Positions 38,141-47,803 of a stretch of DNA of 64,000 nucleotides are shown in pieces. A program made the translations under genes and the position numbers. Each line of letters opens with the position of its first letter. Position 1 is the stretch's first letter. The stretch is from a virus: IMG/VR virus record IMGVR_UViG_3300025117_000031, positions 1 through 64,000 of that record, one strand, 5' to 3'. Below the pieces are notes generated by a model, which was not told the origin of the DNA, made no database searches, and worked only from the letters and a program-made list of their open reading frames with translations.

Positions 38141-38702
38141 ATCTAATCTTGAAAGGTTAGTAACAGAATCTGTCGAAAGACAACTAAAAGAAATTAGAGA
38201 ATTTAACAAAGAAATAACTAGTTTCTTATCGGAAAGAGCCCACGTTGGTGGAATGGCCGGTAGGTATTTGTTTTATCTATACAATCTCGACTGCCCGAAG
38301 CGAGGAGCAACGGGGGAACAAGCAAACGACGAAACCAACAAATATATTCCAGGCGGACACGATCTGGTTGGGACGTTGGATAATATTGATGAAGTTACTG
38401 CTTTTATGATGGATTACGCAAAGACAATGCAGAAAAAACACGGTGGCAAAGCAGAACATTATGTATACGATCATTGGTTTGCCATTGATAAAGAGTCGGG
38501 CAAAATATACGGACCCAGAAAGAACACAATAGGTGGAGACGAGAAGGGTGAAATAGGATTAGCTGTACAGTGTAAAAATAAGGGAACGGAAGCTACAGAT
38601 ACACAAAAAGAAAAAACAAACAAAGAAAAAACAAACAAAGAAAAAACAAACAAAGAAAAAACAAACGTAGCCAGACCTGTTCGACCCGTTACCGTAGCAT
38701 AA
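38127..38702 (+). CDS. Hypothetical protein (MKITKSNLERLVTE N-terminus) with KEKTN repeats
   Basis: ORF; 15-bp unit x4. Confidence 0.7.
   Translation: MKITKSNLERLVTESVERQLKEIREFNKEITSFLSERAHVGGMAGRYLFYLYNLDCPKRGATGEQANDETNKYIPGGHDLVGTLDNIDEVTAFMMDYAKTMQKKHGGKAEHYVYDHWFAIDKESGKIYGPRKNTIGGDEKGEIGLAVQCKNKGTEATDTQKEKTNKEKTNKEKTNKEKTNVARPVRPVTVA
38607..38666 (+). repeat. 15-bp tandem repeat x4
   Basis: AAAGAAAAAACAAAC x4, in frame. Confidence 0.9.
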
Positions 38703-38760
38703 TAAAGCTTGACTTTCTTTCTTATTTAAGTATAGTATAAAAATCATCTCGGAGGACTAA

Positions 38761-39018
38761 ATGTCCAAGACGCTTGAAGAACTGTGCAAAGAGGCCGAGC
38801 AAAAGCAAATGCTTAGCAACAAGCTCCACACAAAGGAAGAGTTCCAATCATATACAGAAGAAAAGACAGCTCTGGTCGAAACGTTTTTTGAGGAAAACGG
38901 CATTGAGGCCAATTACGACCTTCATTTCTCAAATTCTTCCGAAGATGATATCATTATTGATGTCGAGGACTTTGATCTAATTATGGAGCTTGTTAACAAC
39001 CTCAAGAAGCGAGGGTAA
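38761..39018 (+). CDS. Hypothetical protein
   Basis: GGAGG RBS; distant similarity to the next ORF (FFxxNG). Confidence 0.65.
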   Translation: MSKTLEELCKEAEQKQMLSNKLHTKEEFQSYTEEKTALVETFFEENGIEANYDLHFSNSSEDDIIIDVEDFDLIMELVNNLKKRG

Positions 39019-39019
39019 G

Positions 39020-39274
39020 ATGTTTAATCCATCGAAAATCTTTGAGCGTGTGCAGTCAAGACTAGATAAGTTCCCGACCAGGGAAGCATGGGATAAGTAC
39101 GAGGAAGACAAGCAAAAGGAAATTATCAACTTCTTTGCGAAAAACGGATTTAATTTGGATTTTCCTGAACTCCAAACATGTTTGAATCTGTTTGGTAGAA
39201 ATACAGTTAGGCTTCCACTCCCGGAGTTTGAGAAGCTAATTAATTTGGTTAAGGAACTTAAAAAGAATTCGTAG
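39020..39274 (+). CDS. Hypothetical protein
   Basis: GAGG RBS, MFNPSK start. Confidence 0.6.
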   Translation: MFNPSKIFERVQSRLDKFPTREAWDKYEEDKQKEIINFFAKNGFNLDFPELQTCLNLFGRNTVRLPLPEFEKLINLVKELKKNS

Positions 39275-39589
39275 CTATTTTTTCTTCGGCTGTGAAGAAG
39301 CTTCCAAGATAGCTTTGATGTCACATATCGAAGTTTCGATGTTGCTTAGTTTAACGTTTATTACCGCATAATTCGTCTCAAGACTGCTTGTTCTTTTTTC
39401 TATATTCTCTATATCTTCAATGTTCTTTGATACGTCTTGGAGAGTTCTTTCTTGAAGGGTTGATGCTTTCGCTTGAAACGCTGGAACCCCAACAATTATT
39501 CCCAAAGCAAGCCCTACGATCGTAAAAATCGCTGGGAATATATAGTGTTTATGCCAACTTGGTAGAGAATCTAAAAATTTCATGAGCAT
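39275..39589 (-). CDS. Single-TM coiled-coil protein
   Basis: Transmembrane segment followed by heptads. Confidence 0.6.
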   Translation of the reverse strand: MLMKFLDSLPSWHKHYIFPAIFTIVGLALGIIVGVPAFQAKASTLQERTLQDVSKNIEDIENIEKRTSSLETNYAVINVKLSNIETSICDIKAILEASSQPKKK

Positions 39590-39647
39590 TCTCCCTATAA
39601 AGAAAACCCACTCATAATAAATAGTTTATCTTATTTGTTTTTTGAAG

Positions 39648-39995
39648 TTATTCTAAACAGTGATTTTCTATAAGACAACCCAAAACGCACTTTAAGGATG
39701 GATTTTGTTCACACTCGACCCAAAAGCAACGATGTAGGCAAACTATTGCAATATCCGGAAGAGAATTTTCCACAGAAGAAAAGGTATAATCTACGTTGTT
39801 ATAGCTGTAGTAAAATGCTACAGACATTGAAGGTTGTGATTCTTTTTTCTCTTCTTGCACATCTTTTATAAGACAAGCAGCATCGGAATGTCCCGAAGCA
39901 TCTAGAACATCTTCTTTATAGTCTGTAGAACAAGAGGAAAGAAACCAAATTAAACAAAGCAGCAACAATATTGCTGCTAGCAAGAACCTTTGCAT
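39648..39995 (-). CDS. Putative lipoprotein
   Basis: Signal peptide with LSSC lipobox. Confidence 0.55.
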   Translation of the reverse strand: MQRFLLAAILLLLCLIWFLSSCSTDYKEDVLDASGHSDAACLIKDVQEEKKESQPSMSVAFYYSYNNVDYTFSSVENSLPDIAIVCLHRCFWVECEQNPSLKCVLGCLIENHCLE

Positions 39996-40146
39996 TTATA
40001 TTCGTCCTTCGCACAATCGGCTGGAGTTTTTATTTTTGACTCCTTGGAACAGTCGTACCTTGCGCTTTCGCAAGAATCAAAACACTTCCTATCCATGAAG
40101 CATAGGCAAGAAGAGCTAAAAAGAAAGAAGACAACAGCTATTACTT

Positions 40147-40947
40147 TCAAAACTCTACCACCAGATCCCCGGAAAATCCGGTTCTCTCGTCAGGATAGCC
40201 ATAAGGATTACAAACAAATCTTGTGTTAGCTAGTTTAAAATCTCTATAGGTGTGGGTATGACCAAAAACCCACAGTTTAGGCTGATTTCTGAGAACTAAA
40301 TCGTTAAGGGGTCTAGATGTATTGTAGAAGAACAGATTTAAAGGGTGATTTGCATAAAGAGCATGAGAACAATCAGAATTGGGCATGTGATGGGTAACGA
40401 CAACGTCCCCCGGCTGCACAGTAGAGGTTAAAAACTTAACGGCAGTTTGGTTTTCTCTAGTGATCTCATCCAAAGAGTTGCGAATTTGACCAAAATCATT
40501 AAACTGCTGGCAAAGCAGAATGTGCTGCGGAACATCATAAAAGTTAGTCCACAGGGTGGAGCCAACATACCTTTGTCCGTTAATTGTTACAGTTTTATTG
40601 TCCAACAGGAAATATCTGTCCTTTGGGAGGTTGTTAAATACATTTTCAAGCTTCTTTCTTGTCTCTCGAATTGAAAGCTTGCCAGACGAATAATATTCGT
40701 GGTTCCCAGGAACAAAAATCACATACTTAAATACAGTTCCAAACGATTGCAAAGCATAAAGCATTTCCACCTCGCCGTGGACCACTCCATTAAAATTCAT
40801 CAAATCCCCTGAGATAATAACCGTATCAGGGGTAGAGCGAAAGACACCAGAATTAAGAGTGTTTAGAATGCCTTTAATCCTATTTGCCCTTGCTGTCGGG
40901 TTTAGAAACTCAAGATGCAGATCAGAAACAACAGATAAACTTTTCAT
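40147..40947 (-). CDS. Calcineurin-like metallophosphoesterase
   Basis: SDLHLE, SGD, PGNHEYY, THH, GHTH. Confidence 0.92.
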   Translation of the reverse strand: MKSLSVVSDLHLEFLNPTARANRIKGILNTLNSGVFRSTPDTVIISGDLMNFNGVVHGEVEMLYALQSFGTVFKYVIFVPGNHEYYSSGKLSIRETRKKLENVFNNLPKDRYFLLDNKTVTINGQRYVGSTLWTNFYDVPQHILLCQQFNDFGQIRNSLDEITRENQTAVKFLTSTVQPGDVVVTHHMPNSDCSHALYANHPLNLFFYNTSRPLNDLVLRNQPKLWVFGHTHTYRDFKLANTRFVCNPYGYPDERTGFSGDLVVEF

Positions 40948-41333
40948 TTTTTTGCCTTTGTTGGGCACCCAATGTCATTGCTACAAGAACAAGCATACTT
41001 TCTTGAGCCTGTCTCTGTTGAGCCCATTTCTACAGAGACCCAATAGGGTTCTTCTGCTTTTTTATCTTCTTCTTTTGCTAAAGAGAGAAGAGCATATCCC
41101 AAAACATCTTTCCAGGGCGATTCGCCAAAAGCGTCTTTTTTTGTGGCAATACGAAACAATTTATCTATCACCCTTACAACCGTTAGAGCATCGCCATACG
41201 CCTCAACGGGAATTCCAGAGGGATACAAAACCTTAATTATCTCTTTTGCTTTGCCAAAAGAGTCGCCATACGCAAGTTGTTTTTCTTTTACTAAGTTGGC
41301 AATTTCAAGGGCAATCTTTTCGAAATCTTTCAC
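40944..41333 (-). CDS. Nucleotide-modification-associated (MazG/DUF1599-like) helical protein
   Basis: EKQLAYGDSF, RVIDKLFRI, DVLGYALL. Confidence 0.65.
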   Translation of the reverse strand: MKDFEKIALEIANLVKEKQLAYGDSFGKAKEIIKVLYPSGIPVEAYGDALTVVRVIDKLFRIATKKDAFGESPWKDVLGYALLSLAKEEDKKAEEPYWVSVEMGSTETGSRKYACSCSNDIGCPTKAKK

Positions 41334-41473
41334 TCATCACCTCTTTTTTGTTCTCTTCAGTACAAGCACACGATATTACAACTCCTCGATTTGTGTGCAT
41401 GATTCTTCTCTTTTTGTTACAAACTTTACAATATCCTTTTGTTGAATACGATTGCTGGATAACGACGGTAGCT

Positions 41474-41896
41474 TCACTCATGGATTTTCCTCATTGTGAT
41501 GTTTGTTTTTTTCCAAGCCTCTTGAACTAGTTCATCTTCATACGGTTCTTTGAAGACAATATGTTTAATTCCGGCGTTGGCTAAAAGCTTAAAACACCCG
41601 AAACACGGACTTGCCGTAATATAAATAGTAGAGTTATTTAAAGAAATCCCATTTTTTGCAGCTTGTGCGATAGCGTTTGCTTCAGCGTGTATGGTCCTAA
41701 TGCAATGTCCGTCCCGAAGAATGCACCCGTCTTGTTCACAATGCGGCAGCTTAGAGATAGAACCGTTATAGCCGGTAGTGAGAATTGCGTTGTCTCGAAC
41801 AATAACCGCTCCAACCTTTTTTCTGCAGCAGGTAGAGCGCTCCGCAACCATTTCGGCAAGAGAGATAAAATAATTATCCCAACTCTTTCTTTCCAT
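41474..41896 (-). CDS. dCMP deaminase
   Basis: HAEANAI, SPCFGC, TGYNG. Confidence 0.92.
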   Translation of the reverse strand: MERKSWDNYFISLAEMVAERSTCCRKKVGAVIVRDNAILTTGYNGSISKLPHCEQDGCILRDGHCIRTIHAEANAIAQAAKNGISLNNSTIYITASPCFGCFKLLANAGIKHIVFKEPYEDELVQEAWKKTNITMRKIHE

Positions 41897-42984
41897 TAAA
41901 GTCTAACCTGTTTCTTTGACCAGCCGGTTGCCATAATCGAAGCCTTTGCAAAATGCTGTACATAGGCCAAAAGCTCTTCAAAATTAACTTCACTATAAAA
42001 TGGCTTAAATTCCTTAATGGAATCTTTGTCCATGAGGTTTGAAAGAAATCGCGGTTCTCCTTCGACACTTTTGTGAGCAACACAAACTTTAATTGTTTCT
42101 TCTGGCAGCAACACGTCGCATTTGGTGACAAAAAGGTCGGTGCAGCCGTTAACACGAGCCGCATGCGCCAGAAGAGGCAGGTCAAGCCAGCCAACCCGTC
42201 GGGGTCGTCCTGTCGTAGTGCCGTATTCTCCGCCTCTTTCTCTAATACGCTTGGCAGTTGTTTCTTCTTCTCCAACCATCTCTGTTGGAAAGGGTCCATC
42301 TCCAACCTTGGTCATGTACGGCTTTAATACCCCCACAACGCTGGTAACGTGTCCTGGGCCAAAGCCACAGGAGACACAAGCCGCAGCAGCAACATTGCTC
42401 GTTGTAGAAATATAAGGGTAGAACCCGTGGTCGATGTCCAAAAGGGCTCCCTGCGAACCCTCAAACAAAACCTTTTGTCCGTTTTGCAGATGTTGATTAA
42501 TTTCTGCGGAAATGTCACAAATATAGGGCTTTAGGGCAGGAACCGTAATGGCCTTTATCGCGCGTCGAGAATATTTAGCTTCTGCAGCAGGTGACATTCC
42601 TCTCTTGGTCGAACCAACACCGGACCCCGAATTCTCTCTTTGAGCGTCGAGTTCTTTGTGAGAAGCAGTAATAATATTTGCGTCTGCTGAGATTTTTAAC
42701 AGATTTTCTACATCAAACCCCAGTTGTTTATATGCTTTGATTTCTTCTAGAAGAATTTCGGGGTCAATATACATTTGACTGCCCATATAACAAAGCTTTT
42801 CATGTATAATACCAACCGGAAGATGATGAAATTTATATAGTTTGTCTCCAATCCAAACAGAAGCCCCTGTGTTTGGACCTCCAGAATAGCGAACACAGAC
42901 ATCGTGTGTGGTCATTAGCTGAGAAGAGACTTTTCCCTTACCCTCATCTCCGAACTGAAGTCCTACTACAATTGTTGCTGGCAT
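41896..42984 (-). CDS. purA: Adenylosuccinate synthetase
   Basis: GLQFGDEGKG, FEGSQGALLDIDHGFYPY, EYGTTTGRPRRVGWLD, TKCD. Confidence 0.93.
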   Translation of the reverse strand: MPATIVVGLQFGDEGKGKVSSQLMTTHDVCVRYSGGPNTGASVWIGDKLYKFHHLPVGIIHEKLCYMGSQMYIDPEILLEEIKAYKQLGFDVENLLKISADANIITASHKELDAQRENSGSGVGSTKRGMSPAAEAKYSRRAIKAITVPALKPYICDISAEINQHLQNGQKVLFEGSQGALLDIDHGFYPYISTTSNVAAAACVSCGFGPGHVTSVVGVLKPYMTKVGDGPFPTEMVGEEETTAKRIRERGGEYGTTTGRPRRVGWLDLPLLAHAARVNGCTDLFVTKCDVLLPEETIKVCVAHKSVEGEPRFLSNLMDKDSIKEFKPFYSEVNFEELLAYVQHFAKASIMATGWSKKQVRL

Positions 42985-43523
42985 TTATTTTCCCTTTGTC
43001 TAACATATTCCGCAAGAAGAATACTTGCGCAGACTGCTGTGTTTAAACAATACGCCGAACCTGGCATTTTAATAAAAACCACATCTGAGTTCACGAGAAT
43101 GTCCACCGGAACGCCAATTGTCTCATGTCCTGTAATTATACAACACCTTTGCTCGTTGTTTGTCGGAAACTTGTAATCCCACAAAGATTGCGAGCCTTCA
43201 CAAAACTCTGCGCTAATTAGCTTGATATTGTTCTGCCGAGAGTAAGAAAGAAATTCATAAGGGTTTGCAAACTGGTTGATCTTTACTAAGTCTTGAGTGG
43301 AACCAGAAGTCGCAACAATTGTTCTATGATCTGGAATTGTTCCAATAATATTTACAACCGGCACTCCAAAGCAGGCAGCACTTCGAATAAGCATTCCAAC
43401 ATTTTCGGAATGTTCAAAATTTAAAGCTGCAAGTTCAATTGGATATTGAGTTGCAATCTTCTTCTTTTGCTCATATCGAGAACGACGGGTTTCAACGCGA
43501 GAAGACAAAAGAGAAGTGTTCAT
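42966..43523 (-). CDS. SpoU/TrmH-family RNA methyltransferase
   Basis: NVGMLIRSA, GHETIG, MPG...LN. Confidence 0.88.
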   Translation of the reverse strand: MNTSLLSSRVETRRSRYEQKKKIATQYPIELAALNFEHSENVGMLIRSAACFGVPVVNIIGTIPDHRTIVATSGSTQDLVKINQFANPYEFLSYSRQNNIKLISAEFCEGSQSLWDYKFPTNNEQRCCIITGHETIGVPVDILVNSDVVFIKMPGSAYCLNTAVCASILLAEYVRQRENKCQQQL

Positions 43524-43554
43524 GAAATTATGATAACAGATTTTATTCTTTAAG

Positions 43555-44316
43555 TCAAGCGGGAAATTTACATCCGGCATCTTTTAAAAGCTTCACGACC
43601 TCAACATGGCCGTTTCCCGAAGCCCATAGGATGGCACGGTTGTCACCGGCCGTTGGATCAACCCTTTTGTCGGAAAGAAGAATCTTCAAGACCTCAACAT
43701 GGCCTCTTTCCGAAGCCCATCGGATGGCATAGTTGTCACTGGCCGTTGGATCAACCCTTTTGTCGGAAAGAAGAATCTTCACGACCTCAACATGGCCGTT
43801 TCCCGAAGCCCATTGGATGGCACGGTTGTCACCGGCCGTTGGATCAACCCTTTTGTCGGAAAGAAGAATCTTCACGACCTCAACATGGCCGTTTTCCGAA
43901 GCCCATCGGATGGCATAGTTGTTGTTGGCCGTTGGATCAACCCTCTTGTCGGAAAGAAGAATCTTCAAGACCTCAACATGGCCGTTTCCCGAAGCCCATT
44001 GGATGGCAAGATTGTCACCGGCCGAGGGATCAACCCTCTTGTCGGAAAGAAGAATCTTCACGACCTCAACATGGCCGTTTCCCGAAGCCCATTGGATGGC
44101 ACGGTTGTCACCGGCCGTTGGATCAACCCTCTTGTCGGAAAGAAGAATCTTCACGACCTCAACATGGCCGTTTCCCGAAGCCCATTGGATGGCACAGTTG
44201 TCATCGGCCGAGGGATCGAACACATCCATCGACAAAATTAAAGCCGCTTCCTTATCTTTGCCTTTGTTGCAAAGCTCCCAAAAAAGCCGCTCTCCTCTGT
44301 TGTGTTCTCTTTCCAT
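43555..44316 (-). CDS. Ankyrin-repeat protein, copy D (7 repeats)
   Basis: 93-bp units; same promoter and N-cap as B and C; different C-terminus. Confidence 0.92.
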   Translation of the reverse strand: MEREHNRGERLFWELCNKGKDKEAALILSMDVFDPSADDNCAIQWASGNGHVEVVKILLSDKRVDPTAGDNRAIQWASGNGHVEVVKILLSDKRVDPSAGDNLAIQWASGNGHVEVLKILLSDKRVDPTANNNYAIRWASENGHVEVVKILLSDKRVDPTAGDNRAIQWASGNGHVEVVKILLSDKRVDPTASDNYAIRWASERGHVEVLKILLSDKRVDPTAGDNRAILWASGNGHVEVVKLLKDAGCKFPA

Positions 44317-44387
44317 TTCGGCCGAGGATAACAAAAATAAAAGAAGATGTCAATCCCCTACTGTATATTTTGAAAATGTTTCGTTAA

Positions 44388-44490
44388 GCTGTTAAGTTCG
44401 CTCTTTAATCCAGTTTAATTTATCTTTCTTTTGAAGATTTTCTATTTGCCACAAAGGTTGAAGGTTTGTATAATGAAAGCATTTTTTTGA
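44388..44490 (-). pseudogene. C-terminal remnant of an HNH endonuclease
   Basis: Translates to KCFHYTNLQPLWQIENLQKKDKL, matching ECFHFTNLQPLWAKENLFKKDKL of the 60037 HNH. Confidence 0.7.
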
Positions 44491-44500
44491 AACTTGTATT

Positions 44501-45631
44501 TTAGTAGTCATTATCTTCTATTTCATATCCCCTTAAAGAGTCGTTTAGTTGTCTGTTTACTTTAATAAAAGTAGTTCTCCTGGAGGCCTCTTTTATATTT
44601 TCAGAACCGATATAGCTTAGATAGCTTCTTAAACCACCAAAAATATCTTGTAAAGTGTTTTTAAGATCCCCTTTATAGGGGATTAAACTACATTTTCCTT
44701 CTGCTGTTTTATATGAAGCATTTGTGCCAAATTTATTCATGGCAGTTTTAGAAGCCATGCCATAAGTTTTTTTATATTTTTTCCCGTCTTTAATAATAAG
44801 TTCACCGCCAGACTGTTCGTGTGCAGCCAAAAAAGAACCAAGCATAACCATATCTGCTCCTGCTCCAAAAGCCTTACAAATACTTCCTACAGAGTTCGCT
44901 CCTCCATCGCTGCACAAATAAGCCCCGCGTTGTCTAGCCGCGTCTGAAGATTCCAAAACTGCTGTTAACTGCGGATAGCCGACTCCCGTTATAAGTCTTG
45001 TCACACAATTTGATCCGCTGCCAATTCCGCACTTAACAATATCGGCACCGGCTTGTACTAATTGAGTCGTAATTTCTGGAGTTACCACATTGCCTGCCAT
45101 AACTATTGGCGGCAGAAGGTTGTTAAGTTGAAAGAAAGAATTTTCTTTAACACTATTAACAAAATCAATAAAACTTTCTTGATATCCGTTAGCAACATCA
45201 CATATAATTTTTAGTCTTAGATTAAAATTTGTTTCTGCTATTAACCGAAATAAGTTTAATAGTTCGGTTTTTGAACGACCAATAGAAAACCAAATATAGT
45301 TTAACTCTTCTGGCGAAGAGGAACTAATAAAATTAACAAGAGAGTTCCACTCTTCCGAATTTGGGATTAGATAATATTTATGCAAAGCTGTAAAACATTT
45401 GTATTTCCCCATAACTTTCGCAGTCTCAATATTCCCTGTTTGGTCAGAGTTGCTAGAAATAATACCAATCCCGGAAAAAGCAGGCGAACGAACATCAGAT
45501 TTGTTTTTTGTTTTAAACGTCCGGATTAAATCTTCTTCTGTGATTTCCGATCTTGTTTTAAGATGAGAGATTTTTGGCTTGATTAGAACATCACAGAAAT
45601 CTAACTTAACATCCGTTTCTACGTTGCTCAT
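44501..45631 (-). CDS. guaC: GMP reductase
   Basis: KLDFCDVLIKPK, DVANGY, GIGSGSNCVTR, GVGYPQL, SDGG. Confidence 0.9.
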   Translation of the reverse strand: MSNVETDVKLDFCDVLIKPKISHLKTRSEITEEDLIRTFKTKNKSDVRSPAFSGIGIISSNSDQTGNIETAKVMGKYKCFTALHKYYLIPNSEEWNSLVNFISSSSPEELNYIWFSIGRSKTELLNLFRLIAETNFNLRLKIICDVANGYQESFIDFVNSVKENSFFQLNNLLPPIVMAGNVVTPEITTQLVQAGADIVKCGIGSGSNCVTRLITGVGYPQLTAVLESSDAARQRGAYLCSDGGANSVGSICKAFGAGADMVMLGSFLAAHEQSGGELIIKDGKKYKKTYGMASKTAMNKFGTNASYKTAEGKCSLIPYKGDLKNTLQDIFGGLRSYLSYIGSENIKEASRRTTFIKVNRQLNDSLRGYEIEDNDY

Positions 45632-45870
45632 TTAATTCCTTTTAAAAGTTTCATGCCTTCTTCCGAGACATAAAAATATTGAGAAGCCGAAATACCTTCA
45701 TTGATTTGTTTGCCTTCGTACATAAGTCCAAATTTACACAAAATGCAACAAGAAAAATAGTCATCCGAATCAATACCCGCACAAAACATATTTCTATAAA
45801 ACTTCGGATAACCTACAGAGTGTTTTAAGATGTGGAGGTGTTCTTCGGGAAGAGACATGCTTTCAGACAC
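45628..45870 (-). CDS. Hypothetical protein
   Basis: H..G....YRN.F motif; overlap with the guaC start. Confidence 0.6.
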   Translation of the reverse strand: MSESMSLPEEHLHILKHSVGYPKFYRNMFCAGIDSDDYFSCCILCKFGLMYEGKQINEGISASQYFYVSEEGMKLLKGIK

Positions 45871-45882
45871 TTAGTACCTCTT

Positions 45883-46995
45883 TTAAATTAACGGAATCGT
45901 TGAGATATCTTCGAGATGAGCAAGAAGAAGATTAATATTTCTTTTTGCATTTTCTTCGTACATTTGTTTGAACCCTGGCAAATAGAAAATATCTTTTGAA
46001 AGTAAAGACTTTAGGAACTGGAGTCTACCAGTAATATATTCCTTGTCGGTCAAGAAAACGTATTCTAATCTAATTTTATTTTCATAATCTAGGATTTCTT
46101 CTGCGGATTTGCCGAATACAGAATAATCTAAATCATGTAAAAGCTTTTTTGGATGTGTATTAATTATTGCTCCCATTTTAGTAGATAAAATAAGCTCCTT
46201 CGTTATTGAAGAATTTACTTCCAAACTACTTTGAAATTCATTATCGTCTTTATGAGGATCATAAATATAATCGTGGTATAAAATTGCTTCAATTAATGCC
46301 TCAGATATAGCATTAAGACTTGCAATATCACAAATATTTTCAATTTCTTCTTTTGTTGGTTGGTAGTTCTGATATTCTACGAGCATATTTGTAATGTGAG
46401 TTAAGTTATGGTATGCTCTTTCTGGTTGAGTATATTCCCAAACGTACTTAGAAACATCTCGGACTTTCTGCAAATATGCTCCACGCGCAAGTTTATTTAG
46501 TTTTTCTAGAGAGTTTTTGTTTTGAAGTAAAATTGCTATGTTCAAAGGAACAAACTTCTTCACCAAGAAATACCAATTTTCATCGGCTTGGTATAAAGAA
46601 CGTACAAGAGAAGAACTTACATTTTCAAGTTCTGCGGGAGAATCAATAAAAATTGTGTTTGCCTTAAGACCCAAAGAGAGATTAATTTTAGCCATTGTGT
46701 GTTCATATTCAAAATCAGAAGAATTTCTGGCACCTCGAATGATAATATCTGCTTTAAAACTATTCGCAAATTGCGTGAGTAGTCCTTCAAAAGACAGAAC
46801 TACAACATTTTTGAATTGGCGACAACAAAACATAACAGATTGCTGCCGTTCCGCTGGGGTTAAAAAATTCTTTTTGTCTGCATTCTGCCCAATCGCCACA
46901 AAAACCTTGTCAAACAACTTGCTGGCCTGCTCAACAATAAACAAATGTCCATTTGTGAATGGGTCAAATGATCCTGGATAAATGGCGGTTGTCAT
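45883..46995 (-). CDS. coaD: Phosphopantetheine adenylyltransferase fused to an HD-like phosphohydrolase
   Basis: YPGSFDPFTNGH, RGAR, SSSLVR; then RAYHNLTHI, YHDYIYDP...DNE, DLD. Confidence 0.88.
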   Translation of the reverse strand: MTTAIYPGSFDPFTNGHLFIVEQASKLFDKVFVAIGQNADKKNFLTPAERQQSVMFCCRQFKNVVVLSFEGLLTQFANSFKADIIIRGARNSSDFEYEHTMAKINLSLGLKANTIFIDSPAELENVSSSLVRSLYQADENWYFLVKKFVPLNIAILLQNKNSLEKLNKLARGAYLQKVRDVSKYVWEYTQPERAYHNLTHITNMLVEYQNYQPTKEEIENICDIASLNAISEALIEAILYHDYIYDPHKDDNEFQSSLEVNSSITKELILSTKMGAIINTHPKKLLHDLDYSVFGKSAEEILDYENKIRLEYVFLTDKEYITGRLQFLKSLLSKDIFYLPGFKQMYEENAKRNINLLLAHLEDISTIPLI

Positions 46996-47795
46996 CCAAT
47001 AGCCTCTTTTAAGTTGCAATACAGTATGTTTGGATCGTTTTCCGACAGGCCAGACATTTGTCCATCATTTAACTCGATTATAATCCATTTGTTTTCCGTT
47101 GTCAATCCCACATCAACAACAAAAAAACAATCTCCGTTGCATTCCGTAATTCTTTTAGCCGCTTCTTCAACTAAAGAAGAAGCTTTTGCCAAGTCAAAAG
47201 AAACTAATTTGTCTTTAACATCGTCATAATAATTTGACCAATAAAATCCACTTGATAAAATCTTTGTTCCATAGACAAAAAATCTATATTCAACAGTAAT
47301 AGGTAAGCCGTGCGTCCCTTCTGCTAGTTGAATCAAAGGAACATATTCTCTTGCATAAATATTTTGTGAAGAGATGAAAGAGTCGTCAAGCAGTTTAGTA
47401 TAGGTTTGTATTGCTTCTTTTTTATTCTTGGCATACATGTGAGTATTCCAAAGAAACTTTTTGGAATTTGTTTCGCCCTTTAAAATCACGGGAATGTCTG
47501 GGATAGCAGAAATGTCAAACCAAGTCTTTGGAGTTAAGTCTTCTAGGGTATAATACCAATTTTGTAAATCTGCGATATATCTGTGTTGTTTGAAAGTATT
47601 TACAAGCCTAGACCTTTGACTCAAAAGATCGTTTTCTAGCTCTTTATAAAAGGGTAAAACAGAATATCTTCCTATAACGAGCTTTTCTCCAACGTAAGTT
47701 CTGCTTTCTGTGACATCAAAATGCTTCTTGCAAACTGCTAGCTCTTCTTCTGTTTCGCGAGAGTTACGAAATAAAACAACTGAGCTTTCAGACAT
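46992..47795 (-). CDS. ATP-grasp fold protein
   Basis: EYRFFV, FVVDVG, WIIIELNDGQMSGL. Confidence 0.8.
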   Translation of the reverse strand: MSESSVVLFRNSRETEEELAVCKKHFDVTESRTYVGEKLVIGRYSVLPFYKELENDLLSQRSRLVNTFKQHRYIADLQNWYYTLEDLTPKTWFDISAIPDIPVILKGETNSKKFLWNTHMYAKNKKEAIQTYTKLLDDSFISSQNIYAREYVPLIQLAEGTHGLPITVEYRFFVYGTKILSSGFYWSNYYDDVKDKLVSFDLAKASSLVEEAAKRITECNGDCFFVVDVGLTTENKWIIIELNDGQMSGLSENDPNILYCNLKEAIG

Positions 47796-47803
47796 TACAT
47801 TCC

